Shown one piece after another: positions 41,751 through 52,504 of a stretch of 64,000 nucleotides of DNA (positions are counted from its first letter, which is position 1; each line of letters opens with the position of its first letter). The stretch is from an uncultured bacterium (GTDB taxonomy: Bacteria > Hydrothermota > Tepidihabitantia > SM23-42): assembly GCA_965603515.1 (NCBI GenBank), contig CBFDDH010000004.1, forward strand, positions 11,929 to 75,928, given 5' to 3'. The notes beneath the pieces were generated by a model. It did not search any database. It had not been told where the DNA came from and saw nothing but the letters and a program-made list of their open reading frames with translations. Both the position numbers and the translations under genes were made by a program.

Positions 41751-42671
41751 CTACGCTTTATTTTTTGAACCAAATATTCTTATCCTGTCCTCAACGATTT
41801 GCTGCATCATATCACGGGCAAGACCGATAATTTTTCGCGGGTCAAAGACCTTTGGGTTTTTTATTAAATATTCCCTGACTCCTGCAGTAGAAGCAATTCT
41901 TAAATCTGTATCGGTATTTATTTTTGATATACCGTATTTTACTGCCTGCTTAATTAAATTATCTGGTACACCCCTGGTATGCGCAAGTTGACCACCGAAT
42001 TTGTTTACCCGGTTAATCCATTTCATCTTAACCCCTGATGCGCCGTGCAGAACGAGTGGAATTTTCACTTTCTTAGCAATTTCTTTTAATATATCAATGC
42101 GCAATCTTGGTGTTCCTTTAAATTTATATGCACCGTGTGATGTGCCAATAGCTATAGCCAAGGCATCGCATCCTGATTCATGGGCAAATCTTCTTGCCTC
42201 CCCAGGATCAGTATAGATCGCGTCATCTTTCTTGACCTTTATATCGTCTTCAATGCCGGCAAGCCTGCCGATCTCTGCCTCAACTGAAACATGTCTTTTA
42301 TGTGCATATTTGACGATCTGTTTGGTTAATCTTAGATTTTCTTCAAAAGGCAGGTGCGAGGCATCGATCATTACCGACGTGTAGTTATATTTTATGCACT
42401 TTTTTACTATTTCGAAAGATTTACCATGGTCCAAGTGTAATGCTACAGGAATCTTCGCTTTTTTTGCCATGGTAATGACAAGTTGAGAAAGATTTTCAAT
42501 ACCGGCATACTGTATTGCCTTTTCACTCGTTGCGACTATTACCGGTGCATTAAGTAATTCTGCGGCTTGTATTATCGCCTGCGTGATTTCAAGATTTGAT
42601 GTATTGAAGGCTCCGACTCCATAGTGCCCTTGGTGGGCTTTTGCTAAAATTTTATTCAAATTGACTAACAT
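41751..42671 (-). CDS. fba: class II fructose-bisphosphate aldolase
   Basis: Zn-binding His motifs (LHLDHG, VEAEIG, LHGASG); ~306 aa typical of class IIB Fba/TBP aldolase. Confidence 0.88.
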   Translation of the reverse strand: MLVNLNKILAKAHQGHYGVGAFNTSNLEITQAIIQAAELLNAPVIVATSEKAIQYAGIENLSQLVITMAKKAKIPVALHLDHGKSFEIVKKCIKYNYTSVMIDASHLPFEENLRLTKQIVKYAHKRHVSVEAEIGRLAGIEDDIKVKKDDAIYTDPGEARRFAHESGCDALAIAIGTSHGAYKFKGTPRLRIDILKEIAKKVKIPLVLHGASGVKMKWINRVNKFGGQLAHTRGVPDNLIKQAVKYGISKINTDTDLRIASTAGVREYLIKNPKVFDPRKIIGLARDMMQQIVEDRIRIFGSKNKA

Positions 42672-42689
42672 AATGGTCTCCAGTTCTTT

Positions 42690-43040
42690 TCAGGTTTTTC
42701 CCCCTCCCTTGACGGGAGGGGATAAAGGAGAGGGTGTAATCTCATTTAATATTGTTTTTGTAACTCCATCAAGATTGCTTAGAACATCATTGTTCCAAAA
42801 TCTAATCACATTAAAACCCTGTCCACAAAACCATCTATCCCTTTGTTTGTCCCTACGATTATCACAATGCTGACCACCATCAATTTCAATAATCAGTTTA
42901 TTTTTAAAACAGACAAAGTCAACAATGTAATCTCCCATAGGTTGCTGCCTTCTAAACTTCACACCTAGTTGCTTATCTCGTATTCTACTCCATAACTTCG
43001 TTTCTGCTTCAGTCATATTTTTTCTTAAATTTCTTGCCAA
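42690..43040 (-). CDS. DUF559 endonuclease-domain protein (Vsr/restriction-endonuclease-like fold)
   Basis: ~100-aa core matching DUF559 (LWSRIR...FRRQ...YIVDFVC...LIIEIDGGQH...D..RD..L...G..V.RFWN..V). The C-terminal 15 aa run into a GC hairpin repeat and may not be real. Confidence 0.6.
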   Translation of the reverse strand: MARNLRKNMTEAETKLWSRIRDKQLGVKFRRQQPMGDYIVDFVCFKNKLIIEIDGGQHCDNRRDKQRDRWFCGQGFNVIRFWNNDVLSNLDGVTKTILNEITPSPLSPPVKGGGKT

Positions 43041-43178
43041 AGTTTTCCTGTTAATCGTTCACCCCCACCTTATTCCTCCCCCATTAAGGGGGAGGGAAAT
43101 TTATTTTTTACTCCTTTCCACCTTTTCCCGTTCTCCTTTTCTCCGATTCTCCCAGTCTCCCCGTCTCCGTGTCATCTT

Positions 43179-43961
43179 CTACCCCGGCGTTATTGCCGCA
43201 ACGCATGAATAAACATCCTTAGCACCGGCGTCTTTAAGCACCCGTGCACATTCATTTATTGTTGCACCGGTGGTTATAACATCGTCAACCAAGAGGACAG
43301 TTTTGTCCTCTATACCATTGCTTTTCAATGCAAATGCATTAAAAACATTTTTCTTGCGTGCCTGTTCATCCAATTTAGTCTGGCTCTTCGTATTTTCAAT
43401 ACGTTTTATGATGTTATTTACTTGAATATTACATTCTTGGCTTATTATTTCTGATAATAATGCTGCCTGGTTATAGCCGCGCCTTAAATTTTTCCACCAG
43501 AAAAGAGGGATAGGTACTATCATATCAGCATCTTTTAAAAAATGATCAGATTTTATAATACTTGCCATTGCTCGACCTAAGAAAATAGCGAGCTTGATTT
43601 TCTTGCGATATTTGAAATGATGAATAATTTTATCGACCGGAGGGATAAACAGCATGAATGCGCGTCCATAATCAATATGAACTTCTATTTTACAGAATCG
43701 ACACGGGTTTCCTTTATTTATTGGCCTTCCACAGAACCGACACAGGGGCGGTTTTGCTTCTGGTATATAATCAAGACAGTTGTTACACAGCATATTCTGC
43801 TCTATCTCATCATTGCAAAGAAGGCAACGTTGTGGTAGAATAAAGTCCAGAGTGGCTTTTAAGATAGTTTGGGCGATACTCAATGCTTGGCTTGCGATGC
43901 TTTGGTATACAGGATAATGCCGAGACCCACGATAGCCATGGCAATCATCTGGTTGATCCAA
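43179..43961 (-). CDS. comF: ComF family protein (phosphoribosyltransferase domain, N-terminal zinc-ribbon)
   Basis: CxxC...CxxC ribbon then PRTase motif VLLVDDVITTGATI. The track start at 43961 overlaps lgt by 82 nt, so the true start is probably downstream and uncertain. Confidence 0.7.
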   Translation of the reverse strand: MDQPDDCHGYRGSRHYPVYQSIASQALSIAQTILKATLDFILPQRCLLCNDEIEQNMLCNNCLDYIPEAKPPLCRFCGRPINKGNPCRFCKIEVHIDYGRAFMLFIPPVDKIIHHFKYRKKIKLAIFLGRAMASIIKSDHFLKDADMIVPIPLFWWKNLRRGYNQAALLSEIISQECNIQVNNIIKRIENTKSQTKLDEQARKKNVFNAFALKSNGIEDKTVLLVDDVITTGATINECARVLKDAGAKDVYSCVAAITPG

Positions 43962-44638
43962 AAATTCGCCATGTTCTCGTAGTAGCGGATAAAATCAACA
44001 CCAAAACGGAATGCTCCTGAGAAGATCAAGTAAAGAGCGAACACAATCCCTGTTCTGTGGGGTTTAAATAATTTCCTGTTGAGGAAGAAAAAAAGTGCTA
44101 GTCCGAATACGGCAGAGTATAGCTGTGTCGGGTGTAGTGAATATTGACTAACCAATGAAGATCCTGCAACGCAATGGGGAGGGAATTTAATTGCCCACGG
44201 CAAGGTCGAGGGCTTGCCAAAGCAGCAGCCATTAAGAAAACAACCTATCCTGGTAAAAAAAGTACCCAGGGCGATTGCTGGTGCAATTGTATCAGTGATC
44301 TTAAGAACCGGAGCTTTCTCTTTTCTTAAATAGATGATGCCGGCAAGCAATGCGCCGATGAACCCACCGAAGAACATCATCCCGCCTTCCCATATCCTTA
44401 TTATGCCTAACAAATCATTTTCATATTGAGTCCAATGAAAGACTACATAAAGAATTCTGCCGCCGATGATTACACCGATCATTAAATAAAAAGCCAGGTT
44501 TTCTATGATTATCCAGGGCAGGTTGAGTTTCTTGGCTGCTTTTTTGACGTAGAGGATAGCGAAGATAAAAGAAATTACAAGCATTACACCATAAGAAGGC
44601 AATGCTATTCCATTGAATTGGATGAGGATGGGTCTCAC
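43880..44638 (-). CDS. lgt: prolipoprotein diacylglyceryl transferase
   Basis: Lgt signature region (ILYVVFHWTQYENDLLGIIRIWEGGMMFFGGFIGALLAG) and 7-TM profile. Confidence 0.9.
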   Translation of the reverse strand: MRPILIQFNGIALPSYGVMLVISFIFAILYVKKAAKKLNLPWIIIENLAFYLMIGVIIGGRILYVVFHWTQYENDLLGIIRIWEGGMMFFGGFIGALLAGIIYLRKEKAPVLKITDTIAPAIALGTFFTRIGCFLNGCCFGKPSTLPWAIKFPPHCVAGSSLVSQYSLHPTQLYSAVFGLALFFFLNRKLFKPHRTGIVFALYLIFSGAFRFGVDFIRYYENMANFWINQMIAMAIVGLGIILYTKASQAKH

Positions 44639-46680
44639 TTAGCTTCTTCTTTTACTTTTTTCGTTGCCTCAATAATACGCTTGGTTATCTCCTTGGGTAC
44701 TTCTTCGTAATGGTGGAATTTCATATTGAAATAACCCCTACCTTGAGTCATTGACCGCAGACTCGTAGAGTACTTATACATCTCTCCTTCTGGAACCAAG
44801 GCTTTTATTCGTTGAACCTTTCCTTCACCTTCCATGCCCATTATTCTACCGCGACGGCTGTTCAGGTCGCCAATTACATCGCCCATGAATGATTCAGGTA
44901 CAAAGACGAACACTTCACAGACAGGCTCTAACAAGACAACACTGCCTTTTTCAGCATTTGCTTTCATTGCTACGCTTGCAGCGATTTTGAAAGCGATGTC
45001 TGATGAATCTACGGCATGGTACGAACCATCAAATACAGTGACTTTTATATCGGTAAGCGGATACCCCGCAATACAACCGTTCTCGAGCGATTCCTTCACG
45101 CCCTTTTCCACCGACGGAATAAAGCGTGAGGGGATAGAGCCACCAACTACTTTATTAACAAATTCGAAACCCGCGTTTCTTTCACATGGTTCGACTCTTA
45201 GCCAGCAATCACCGAATTGACCGTGTCCACCAGTCTGTTTTTTGTACTTACCCTGTGCCTCGCTTTTTCTGGTGAACGTTTCCCGGTATTTGATTCTGGG
45301 TTTGGTGAGGTCCACACTTACACCGTATTTCCTTTTTAACCTTGCAAGGATAGTGTCGAGATGAAGTTCACCAAGACCTGAAATGATGAGTTGTGAGATC
45401 TCCGGATCAAACGCAAATGTGAACGTCGGATCTTCATCATGGAGACGCGTCAGACCGCTCGAGACTTTTTCCTCATCGCCCTTTGCTTTTGGTATGATAG
45501 CCATTGATATCGAGGGGGCTGGAAATTCGGTTTTTGGTAAGAACCCACTTGTTTTTGGTGCAATCAATGTATCGCAAGTATGCGTGTTCTTTAATTTAAC
45601 AAACCCAGCTAGCATCCCGCTGGAAACCTGCGAAATCTCCTTTCTTTCCTTACCTTTGATCAGAAACATCTGATTTATCTTTTCGTCACTGGATTGCGTT
45701 GAGTTTTTCACTATGTCGCCGCTTTTTACAACCCCAGACAGCAATTTGACATAGCATAGTTCTCCAAGATGAGGCTCAACCGATGTTTTAAAAACATAGC
45801 CAATAAGAGATGCGTCATCAGAACGTTTCACGACTTGCTCGCCAAGTTTTATATCTGGTAACATATCAGGTTGTGGTGCGAATTCAACAACCGCATCGAG
45901 GAGATTCTGGATACCAATAAGATCTAAGCCTTCACCGGCAAGGCATAGAGCGATTCGCCCTTGTACAACACCCGTTCTTATTATTTCGGTGCATTCAGGC
46001 AACGCAATTTTCTGTCCTTCGACGTACTTGTTCATCAGGGCGTCATTATTTTCAGCTGCCGCTTCGATGATCTTTTCTATATACTCAGATACTTTGTCCT
46101 TTGTTTCAGGTGGTATTTTTTCTTCTTTACCTTTTTCCGCAAATCCTTTGTTCTGTACAATATCCACCACCCCACGGAAGTTAGTACTTGCACCGATAGG
46201 GATAGTTAAAGGCATTATACTCTTTTTCGTAATTTCACTGAGCGCCGAAAATAAGCTGTAGAAATCAGCATTTTCCTTTTTTAGCTTATTGATAAAAAAT
46301 ATCACCGGCAGATTTTTTTCTTCTATTCTCTGAAGCAATCTTTCAGTCCCTACTTCAATTCCGCCGACTGCATCAATGACCATAATAGCACAGTCCACGG
46401 CCTCGATACCACTGATCGCCTCGCCGATAAAATCTGAATAACCAGGTGTGTCGATTAAGTTGATAGTTACATCCTTGTAGTCGAAAGTAGCTAACCCAAG
46501 ACTAAGACTACAAAGCCGGTCAATCTCTTCTGGATCAGAATCGAAAACAGACGTTTTTTCAGTAACTTTTCCGAATCTACTGTTTGCGCCAGCGAGATAC
46601 AAGAGTGCGTCAGCAATCGTTGTCTTACCACAGCTGGCATGTCCGAAAAGACCGATATTCCTGATGGCTTTAGCCGCCAT
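44635..46680 (-). CDS. elongation factor G family GTPase (EF-G paralog)
   Basis: Five-domain EF-G architecture, 681 aa. G-domain motifs (GHASCGKTT, DTPGY, NKLK) and domain IV loop (GGHGQFGD). G1 is divergent from canonical AHIDAGKTT, suggesting a specialised paralog. Confidence 0.8.
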   Translation of the reverse strand: MAAKAIRNIGLFGHASCGKTTIADALLYLAGANSRFGKVTEKTSVFDSDPEEIDRLCSLSLGLATFDYKDVTINLIDTPGYSDFIGEAISGIEAVDCAIMVIDAVGGIEVGTERLLQRIEEKNLPVIFFINKLKKENADFYSLFSALSEITKKSIMPLTIPIGASTNFRGVVDIVQNKGFAEKGKEEKIPPETKDKVSEYIEKIIEAAAENNDALMNKYVEGQKIALPECTEIIRTGVVQGRIALCLAGEGLDLIGIQNLLDAVVEFAPQPDMLPDIKLGEQVVKRSDDASLIGYVFKTSVEPHLGELCYVKLLSGVVKSGDIVKNSTQSSDEKINQMFLIKGKERKEISQVSSGMLAGFVKLKNTHTCDTLIAPKTSGFLPKTEFPAPSISMAIIPKAKGDEEKVSSGLTRLHDEDPTFTFAFDPEISQLIISGLGELHLDTILARLKRKYGVSVDLTKPRIKYRETFTRKSEAQGKYKKQTGGHGQFGDCWLRVEPCERNAGFEFVNKVVGGSIPSRFIPSVEKGVKESLENGCIAGYPLTDIKVTVFDGSYHAVDSSDIAFKIAASVAMKANAEKGSVVLLEPVCEVFVFVPESFMGDVIGDLNSRRGRIMGMEGEGKVQRIKALVPEGEMYKYSTSLRSMTQGRGYFNMKFHHYEEVPKEITKRIIEATKKVKEEAK

Positions 46681-46691
46681 TTGTACCCCCT

Positions 46692-47255
46692 TTAGATAAG
46701 CACCCTGGAAACAGCAATTGTAAGATGGTCTTTTAAGATTTCACGGATTATATCTAGCGAGCCATGATAGATAATTCTATCTTTCTTGATCCTAACACCA
46801 CCGGGGATTTCATCGTTTACAGTGACTGTAAATTCGTATCCTTGGCTCTTCAAGAATTTCTCCAAGTCAGAGCCGTAGCGCTTCCAATCTGCCTTGCTGA
46901 CTATCAATGTGCCGTCTTTTCTGCCGCTTTGTTTCACTAGGGCCTTTAAAAAGCCCAGGTATTCTTTTTGAGCGCTCAGATCATTCAATGCTTCATCAAT
47001 AACAGCATTTATAAGTCTTCCTTTTTCAGCAACCATTCTTCTATTAAACTCAAGTTTCTTCTGGGAAACAAGCCGAAGATATTCTGTTCTCTTCGCCAGT
47101 TTTACATCATTTTCAATTTGGGCTTTCTGAAGAGTGATGCTTTCATCATAGCCTTTCTTGATTTCTACGGTTGCTTCGCGGTGTTTAGCAAGAACTTCCT
47201 GAGCCTCTTTTTTCGCATCGGCAAGGATTTTTTCGGTGACTTTCTGCGTAGCCAT
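46692..47255 (-). CDS. V-type ATP synthase subunit E
   Basis: 187 aa, long N-terminal helix (AKKEAQEVLAKHREATVEIKK...) plus C-terminal globular part; directly follows subunit K. Confidence 0.75.
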   Translation of the reverse strand: MATQKVTEKILADAKKEAQEVLAKHREATVEIKKGYDESITLQKAQIENDVKLAKRTEYLRLVSQKKLEFNRRMVAEKGRLINAVIDEALNDLSAQKEYLGFLKALVKQSGRKDGTLIVSKADWKRYGSDLEKFLKSQGYEFTVTVNDEIPGGVRIKKDRIIYHGSLDIIREILKDHLTIAVSRVLI

Positions 47256-47256
47256 G

Positions 47257-47769
<513 letters not shown>

Positions 47770-47847
47770 CTAAAATGCATTGTCCGATTCTTAATCTGGA
47801 AATAACTAATGCTCAAGTCTAACATCCAAGATTTTGTCAAATCCTCT

Positions 47848-49935
47848 CTATTTGATCTCAACATAATTAGTTTTAAAACCAAAAGGTCTAAATGGTTTGC
47901 TCCCACCACTGTAAAATCTCCCAAAGAATTCAATGTATTGTAAACGCATGGTATGTATGAACCCACCAAGTGCGTTGATCGCAAGATTGAAAAGATGGCT
48001 CGGGATGAGTATGATTACTACTAATATCACACCAACTATGGGAATGTCAGTGAGCATCCATGCGATCTTATTAATGGCGATGGCGATAACACCTGTAACC
48101 ATACCTAATGCCATTAGTCGAACATATGATAAAAGCACTCCAAGGTAGCTTGAAATACCATAGAGATTGTAAACTCCCCAAGCGATTTTGCCTAAAGCGG
48201 CTTTCGATTTTTTGAAGCGCGTGATCTCAAATAAGACCAAAGGTATGAGTCCCCAATATGCAAAACGTGGAATCTGGAGAATATACTGGAATTGCATGAG
48301 TTTACCAGCGGTACTTGTAGCCAAGTACCAAATAAACCAGATAATGAATGCCCATACTATTTGATCAATAGGCTGTGGTTTGCCTTCAGGGTGTGAGGCT
48401 ACAATGATTGATATAATGCAAAACCACATTACAATTTCCAGAATTGCTTTTGCGATTATCGAGGAACTGAAAACTGCAAAATATAAAGCTATAGAAGGTA
48501 TGAGAAGAAACCAGGTAAGATTGGCAAAGATTGCTTGTCCGTATTCGCCGTTTTTTAAACTGTCGACTATTTCTATGGCAATACCGATCATCATGTGAAT
48601 GAATCCCAATCCGAGAGCAAGACCAATAAATACCATTGGCTGCTCAATCGGATCAAAGAGCATAAGAAAATCTCTGAAGCGTATGAGTGGAGCAAAGCCG
48701 ATGTAATTGAAAAGATCACCCAACCAACCGCCAACCATTGCACCGGCAAGTATAGTAAGGATACCTCCAACCAACAAAATCCTGAACAGACTTTTGTCTC
48801 CGGATACCTTTTTCATTAAATACAAAGAAATGAGAATTAATAATATGCCGTATACCGCATCAGTTATGCATAATCCAAACATTATCGGAAAAAAGACGGC
48901 AAGAAACGGTGTCGGGTCATACTCCTTTGAATCGGGCATGCTGTATAGTTTAACAAGCATTTCATAGGGCTTACTGAACTTGGCATTCTGGAGAGCAACT
49001 GGTGGTTGTTCATCAGTGTCCCGGTCGATTTTTTCATAGAAAGCAAATCCGTGTTTCTCTACAAGAGCATCCAGTCGTTTAATGTGACGTTTGAGCACCC
49101 ATCCAATAATACTGGTTGTTCTTATAGTTTCAGGCAAAGCCTCAGCAACCTCTTTTTTTCTGCCTTCATTGGCGAGCAGGTCTGAAGTTGTTTCTAAGCT
49201 ATTAATTTCTTTTGACAATCCTATCTTTTTCTCATTAAGTCTCTCGATCCGGTGTTTTGTTTCTTGTACTTCTTTTTTGAATAGCCGGATGAGTTTCTCC
49301 GGTGTTCCAGTATTGTCCTTGAAATCCACTATTTCACAATTGTTTTCGATGATTTTTGCGCGTAATTGAGCACTTTCATCTTTTTTAGCAAAGTATATAT
49401 CATACGAAACTGAACCGGATGTATTTATGTGTTCTCTAGAATATGGGATATTTTCGATATTTTCAGACAGTTTTTCCAGAGTTTCTTTTGATGGTATGAT
49501 TACAGGTAAAGCATCCGTTTCCTTGAAAGATTTTAAGATACTTATATTCCTATTGAACCCCACCCACGGTGTAAGTAAACTGATATTTTCTTCCACTTGA
49601 TGTAGCCGCGCGATACTTCTCTTCCTTTCGTTCTTAACTGTCTCAAGCTCGGCGACTATTTTCTCATGATCATAGGATTCCACTGCCTTCACAAAAGTTT
49701 CATATCTCATCGGGCGTTTGATACTAAAAAACATCGAAAGTGGATTTTTTTTCTTGAGTACCGAAATTTGATTTAAAGCATCATCTATTCGGTTGAGTTC
49801 TTCATTTGTTTTAGACGCTGATTCTTCCAGCTCGCTTATATGTACGATTCCTTCTTTCTGTAAATCATGGAGGAACTCGTCTTTCACGCTTTTATGAACA
49901 ATAATATGAACTTTTTCTATTGGGACAATGGCCAT
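47848..49935 (-). CDS. V-type ATP synthase subunit I (a-subunit)
   Basis: 695 aa. N-terminal ~300-aa cytoplasmic coiled-coil domain and C-terminal polytopic domain with the conserved Arg-containing helix (...MRLQYIEFF...). Confidence 0.88.
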   Translation of the reverse strand: MAIVPIEKVHIIVHKSVKDEFLHDLQKEGIVHISELEESASKTNEELNRIDDALNQISVLKKKNPLSMFFSIKRPMRYETFVKAVESYDHEKIVAELETVKNERKRSIARLHQVEENISLLTPWVGFNRNISILKSFKETDALPVIIPSKETLEKLSENIENIPYSREHINTSGSVSYDIYFAKKDESAQLRAKIIENNCEIVDFKDNTGTPEKLIRLFKKEVQETKHRIERLNEKKIGLSKEINSLETTSDLLANEGRKKEVAEALPETIRTTSIIGWVLKRHIKRLDALVEKHGFAFYEKIDRDTDEQPPVALQNAKFSKPYEMLVKLYSMPDSKEYDPTPFLAVFFPIMFGLCITDAVYGILLILISLYLMKKVSGDKSLFRILLVGGILTILAGAMVGGWLGDLFNYIGFAPLIRFRDFLMLFDPIEQPMVFIGLALGLGFIHMMIGIAIEIVDSLKNGEYGQAIFANLTWFLLIPSIALYFAVFSSSIIAKAILEIVMWFCIISIIVASHPEGKPQPIDQIVWAFIIWFIWYLATSTAGKLMQFQYILQIPRFAYWGLIPLVLFEITRFKKSKAALGKIAWGVYNLYGISSYLGVLLSYVRLMALGMVTGVIAIAINKIAWMLTDIPIVGVILVVIILIPSHLFNLAINALGGFIHTMRLQYIEFFGRFYSGGSKPFRPFGFKTNYVEIK

Positions 49936-50237
49936 TTGAGTATAAGATCCCGTACTTCTTTCATTGATTTAGCTTTTTTCTTCTTGTTCTTGTCCTTCAT
50001 TGCAACAAGGGTTTTATTATATTCCTGCTCAAGCTTCTTTATCTCTTTATCGGCATCCCTTTTTGCTTCAGCTATTTTCTTTTCCATGAGTTTTTCCCTG
50101 AACTCATTCAATGAAGCCAGTTGTTTTTCGCCTTTTTCCCGTTCCTGTTCGATCAGGGAGCGGCCTTTTTCCTCAGCATCCTGCTTTAGTTTTTCGGCTT
50201 GTTCTTCGGCTTTTTTGATATCTTCGATCAATTTCAT
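49917..50237 (-). CDS. V-type ATPase small stator subunit (G/H-like, coiled coil)
   Basis: Start set at ATG 50235-50237 (MKLIEDIKKAEEQAEKLKQDAEEKG...). Short all-helical K/E-rich protein at the head of the I-K-E cluster. Confidence 0.5.
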   Translation of the reverse strand: MKLIEDIKKAEEQAEKLKQDAEEKGRSLIEQEREKGEKQLASLNEFREKLMEKKIAEAKRDADKEIKKLEQEYNKTLVAMKDKNKKKKAKSMKEVRDLILKWPLSQ

Positions 50238-50329
50238 AGTGAATATTGTAGCTAGAAACGACAAAAAGTCAACAGATGGTTTTGTTTTAAATCGGGTGTG
50301 GTCTTTACAGAACGGCTATGACCTATACC

Positions 50330-51634
50330 TTATGCCTTCGTTATCTTCCGTGTTTTTCGATCGACCAACACGAAGGCAAAAATACCTATTAGGACTAGAA
50401 TTGCCGCTGATAGAAATGACATTTTGTAAGCAAATATCTGACTTGCGCCTGATTTTAGCAAGAGGTCCACGATCGGACCGGCAATAAGGGTACCGGCAAC
50501 ACCCCAGCTCAGGAAAAATGTTGCGTTGAACAAGGCGAATTGCTTTCCCCGTTGTTCTGTAGGTATTAACCTTGACGCATAAGAGTATGCTGATGATAGG
50601 ATCACGACCAAGGAGATACCACCAAGGAAATTAGTAATGAAAATGATAACCAAATTCTGGGCAAACACAAACCCCAGCAAATGTATGACTGCGATAATCG
50701 AGCCAAACATAAGCAAGGTTGTATCACTGAATTTCTTAGAGAGCTTTACGACAAAGAGGCCACCGATAAAAATAGCGATTGATTGCATATTGACAATGTA
50801 GCCCAAAAGGTTACTGGATACATTGAAACCCTCGTTTAATACAAGATATTGAGCTTTTATCAATGCGATTGAATTCCTGCCGAAATTGATGAAGACCATT
50901 GCGATCAAAAAAGTGAAAAAGATCTTTGAATGGGAGATCACACCAACAATTTTATCTGAGGGCCTGGTAGTTTGTTTGTTCGGTTCATGGCGGTTACCAA
51001 TACCACCTTCGGGAACGAAGAACATGGGGATAGTTGAAATAAGCATGGTTCCAGAGGCGATGAAGAAAAGCAATCCCTGATCAAACCCCCAACCTGCGTA
51101 ATATCGAGTTAATCCATCATAGGCGAGACCGCCAATCCAGACGCCAAGGAGTCTACCAATCGCACCGATACTTGAGAGCTTCCCCTGAATCTCGGTTCGT
51201 TGATAGTCTGGATAGAGATCTGAGATTATTGCACTCCAACCTATGTTTGACATTGACCAGAATATTTCGACAAAGCACATCCCAAGGATTATCATATAAC
51301 CAGCCATATAGTTACTGTCAGGTATTGTGTGGAGAAACCAGACAATACAAGTACTGATTGCTGCAAAGACCTCTCCGAGTATGATAAGAGTGCGGCGTTT
51401 TTGGTACTTGTCTGAAATAACACCCCAGACAAACCTTTGAAAAACAATATTGAGAATCATGGGGAAAGTTGCAAAAAAGGTTGTTTCTGTGACACTCAAG
51501 CCAAGGAAAAAGCGTAGATAAATCGACAAATAGCTATAAAATAGCCCTCGTCTGAACATAGCAAGCGACTGAAATGAACCGATACTAATAAATGTCCTTT
51601 TTGTTGGTAGATAAATACTTTTTTCAGTCGTCAT
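50330..51634 (-). CDS. MFS transporter
   Basis: About 12 TM helices; MFS loop motif (GEVFAAISTCIVWF..., RLLGVWIGGL). Confidence 0.7.
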   Translation of the reverse strand: MTTEKSIYLPTKRTFISIGSFQSLAMFRRGLFYSYLSIYLRFFLGLSVTETTFFATFPMILNIVFQRFVWGVISDKYQKRRTLIILGEVFAAISTCIVWFLHTIPDSNYMAGYMIILGMCFVEIFWSMSNIGWSAIISDLYPDYQRTEIQGKLSSIGAIGRLLGVWIGGLAYDGLTRYYAGWGFDQGLLFFIASGTMLISTIPMFFVPEGGIGNRHEPNKQTTRPSDKIVGVISHSKIFFTFLIAMVFINFGRNSIALIKAQYLVLNEGFNVSSNLLGYIVNMQSIAIFIGGLFVVKLSKKFSDTTLLMFGSIIAVIHLLGFVFAQNLVIIFITNFLGGISLVVILSSAYSYASRLIPTEQRGKQFALFNATFFLSWGVAGTLIAGPIVDLLLKSGASQIFAYKMSFLSAAILVLIGIFAFVLVDRKTRKITKA

Positions 51635-51650
51635 AGTTCAGAAGAAAAGG

Positions 51651-52061
51651 CTATACATCAAAGATGATCGTTGCTTTGTAAAGATCATTGACCTTGTTTA
51701 CTTTAAGATTATGATAGGTTGCATTTTTTATTTCGGTTTTTATTTTGTGTCTTTTTACATCGAGCGTGTCACCACAGAGGCGCGCCGATAAATTCAGCTT
51801 TTCAATGGAGATATTGTATTCCTGGGGGATAAAACTATGCACCGAGAAATGATAGAGTAGTTCTCGGCACCAATCAATGAAGAGTTCTTCGAGCGATTCA
51901 CTAACGATTTTGATATTGAGTTTTTTTTTCGACAAGAAATGTCCAGAGACCTGAGTTTCGAAAACAGCAATACCAATATTTTTGAAAAGTTCTTCAGTCG
52001 TCTTGGCGTGGACCTCAATACCAAGATCTGCTGTGTGGTCTATGTACTTATAATTCTTCAT
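51651..52061 (-). CDS. archease
   Basis: KYIDHTADLGIEVHA N-terminal signature (DHTAD) of archease. Start set at ATG 52059-52061; the track ORF extends 11 codons further upstream. Confidence 0.75.
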   Translation of the reverse strand: MKNYKYIDHTADLGIEVHAKTTEELFKNIGIAVFETQVSGHFLSKKKLNIKIVSESLEELFIDWCRELLYHFSVHSFIPQEYNISIEKLNLSARLCGDTLDVKRHKIKTEIKNATYHNLKVNKVNDLYKATIIFDV

Positions 52062-52304
52062 ATAGCGTGATGCGAAAGTGTAGCCAGAAATCATACATTG
52101 TCAATGAATCGAACCACTACAATTGAGTTCTCGACAGGCTCGAACAGTAATTTATTTATTCTTCGAGCGAGCAGAGCGCTTGCTCGCTACGCCGTGTGGA
52201 GGAAGTCGAGAAGTTATCATAGAAAAGGATTATCAGATCCGGAATTTACAATCTAAAATGTAGTTATCTCTGCCTGAGATAAACAGGTGATTTATCGGAC
52301 AAAA

Positions 52305-52456
52305 TTAGACATTATAGGAAACCCTCACCCTATTCCTCTCCCTTAAAAAGGGAGAGGGTGTATTAATGTGATTATTTTCCTCTCCTCTCTGAGGAGAGGA
52401 AAAAGGTGAGGAGTTCATTTGATAAATTCAAAATCAAGGGATAAAGATGTGTCCAA
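52305..52456 (-). repeat. ~150-bp hairpin-containing intergenic repeat element, copy 2 (inverted relative to 15565..15716)
   Basis: Reverse complement aligns with 15565..15716 at ~88% identity, including the two internal GC hairpins (cctctcctcagagaggagagg and ccctctccc-tttt-aagggagagg). Confidence 0.8.
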
Positions 52457-52504
52457 ATTTCTAATGATGACATTGACAACATTGCTCTCTTAGTATATAA
52501 TGCT

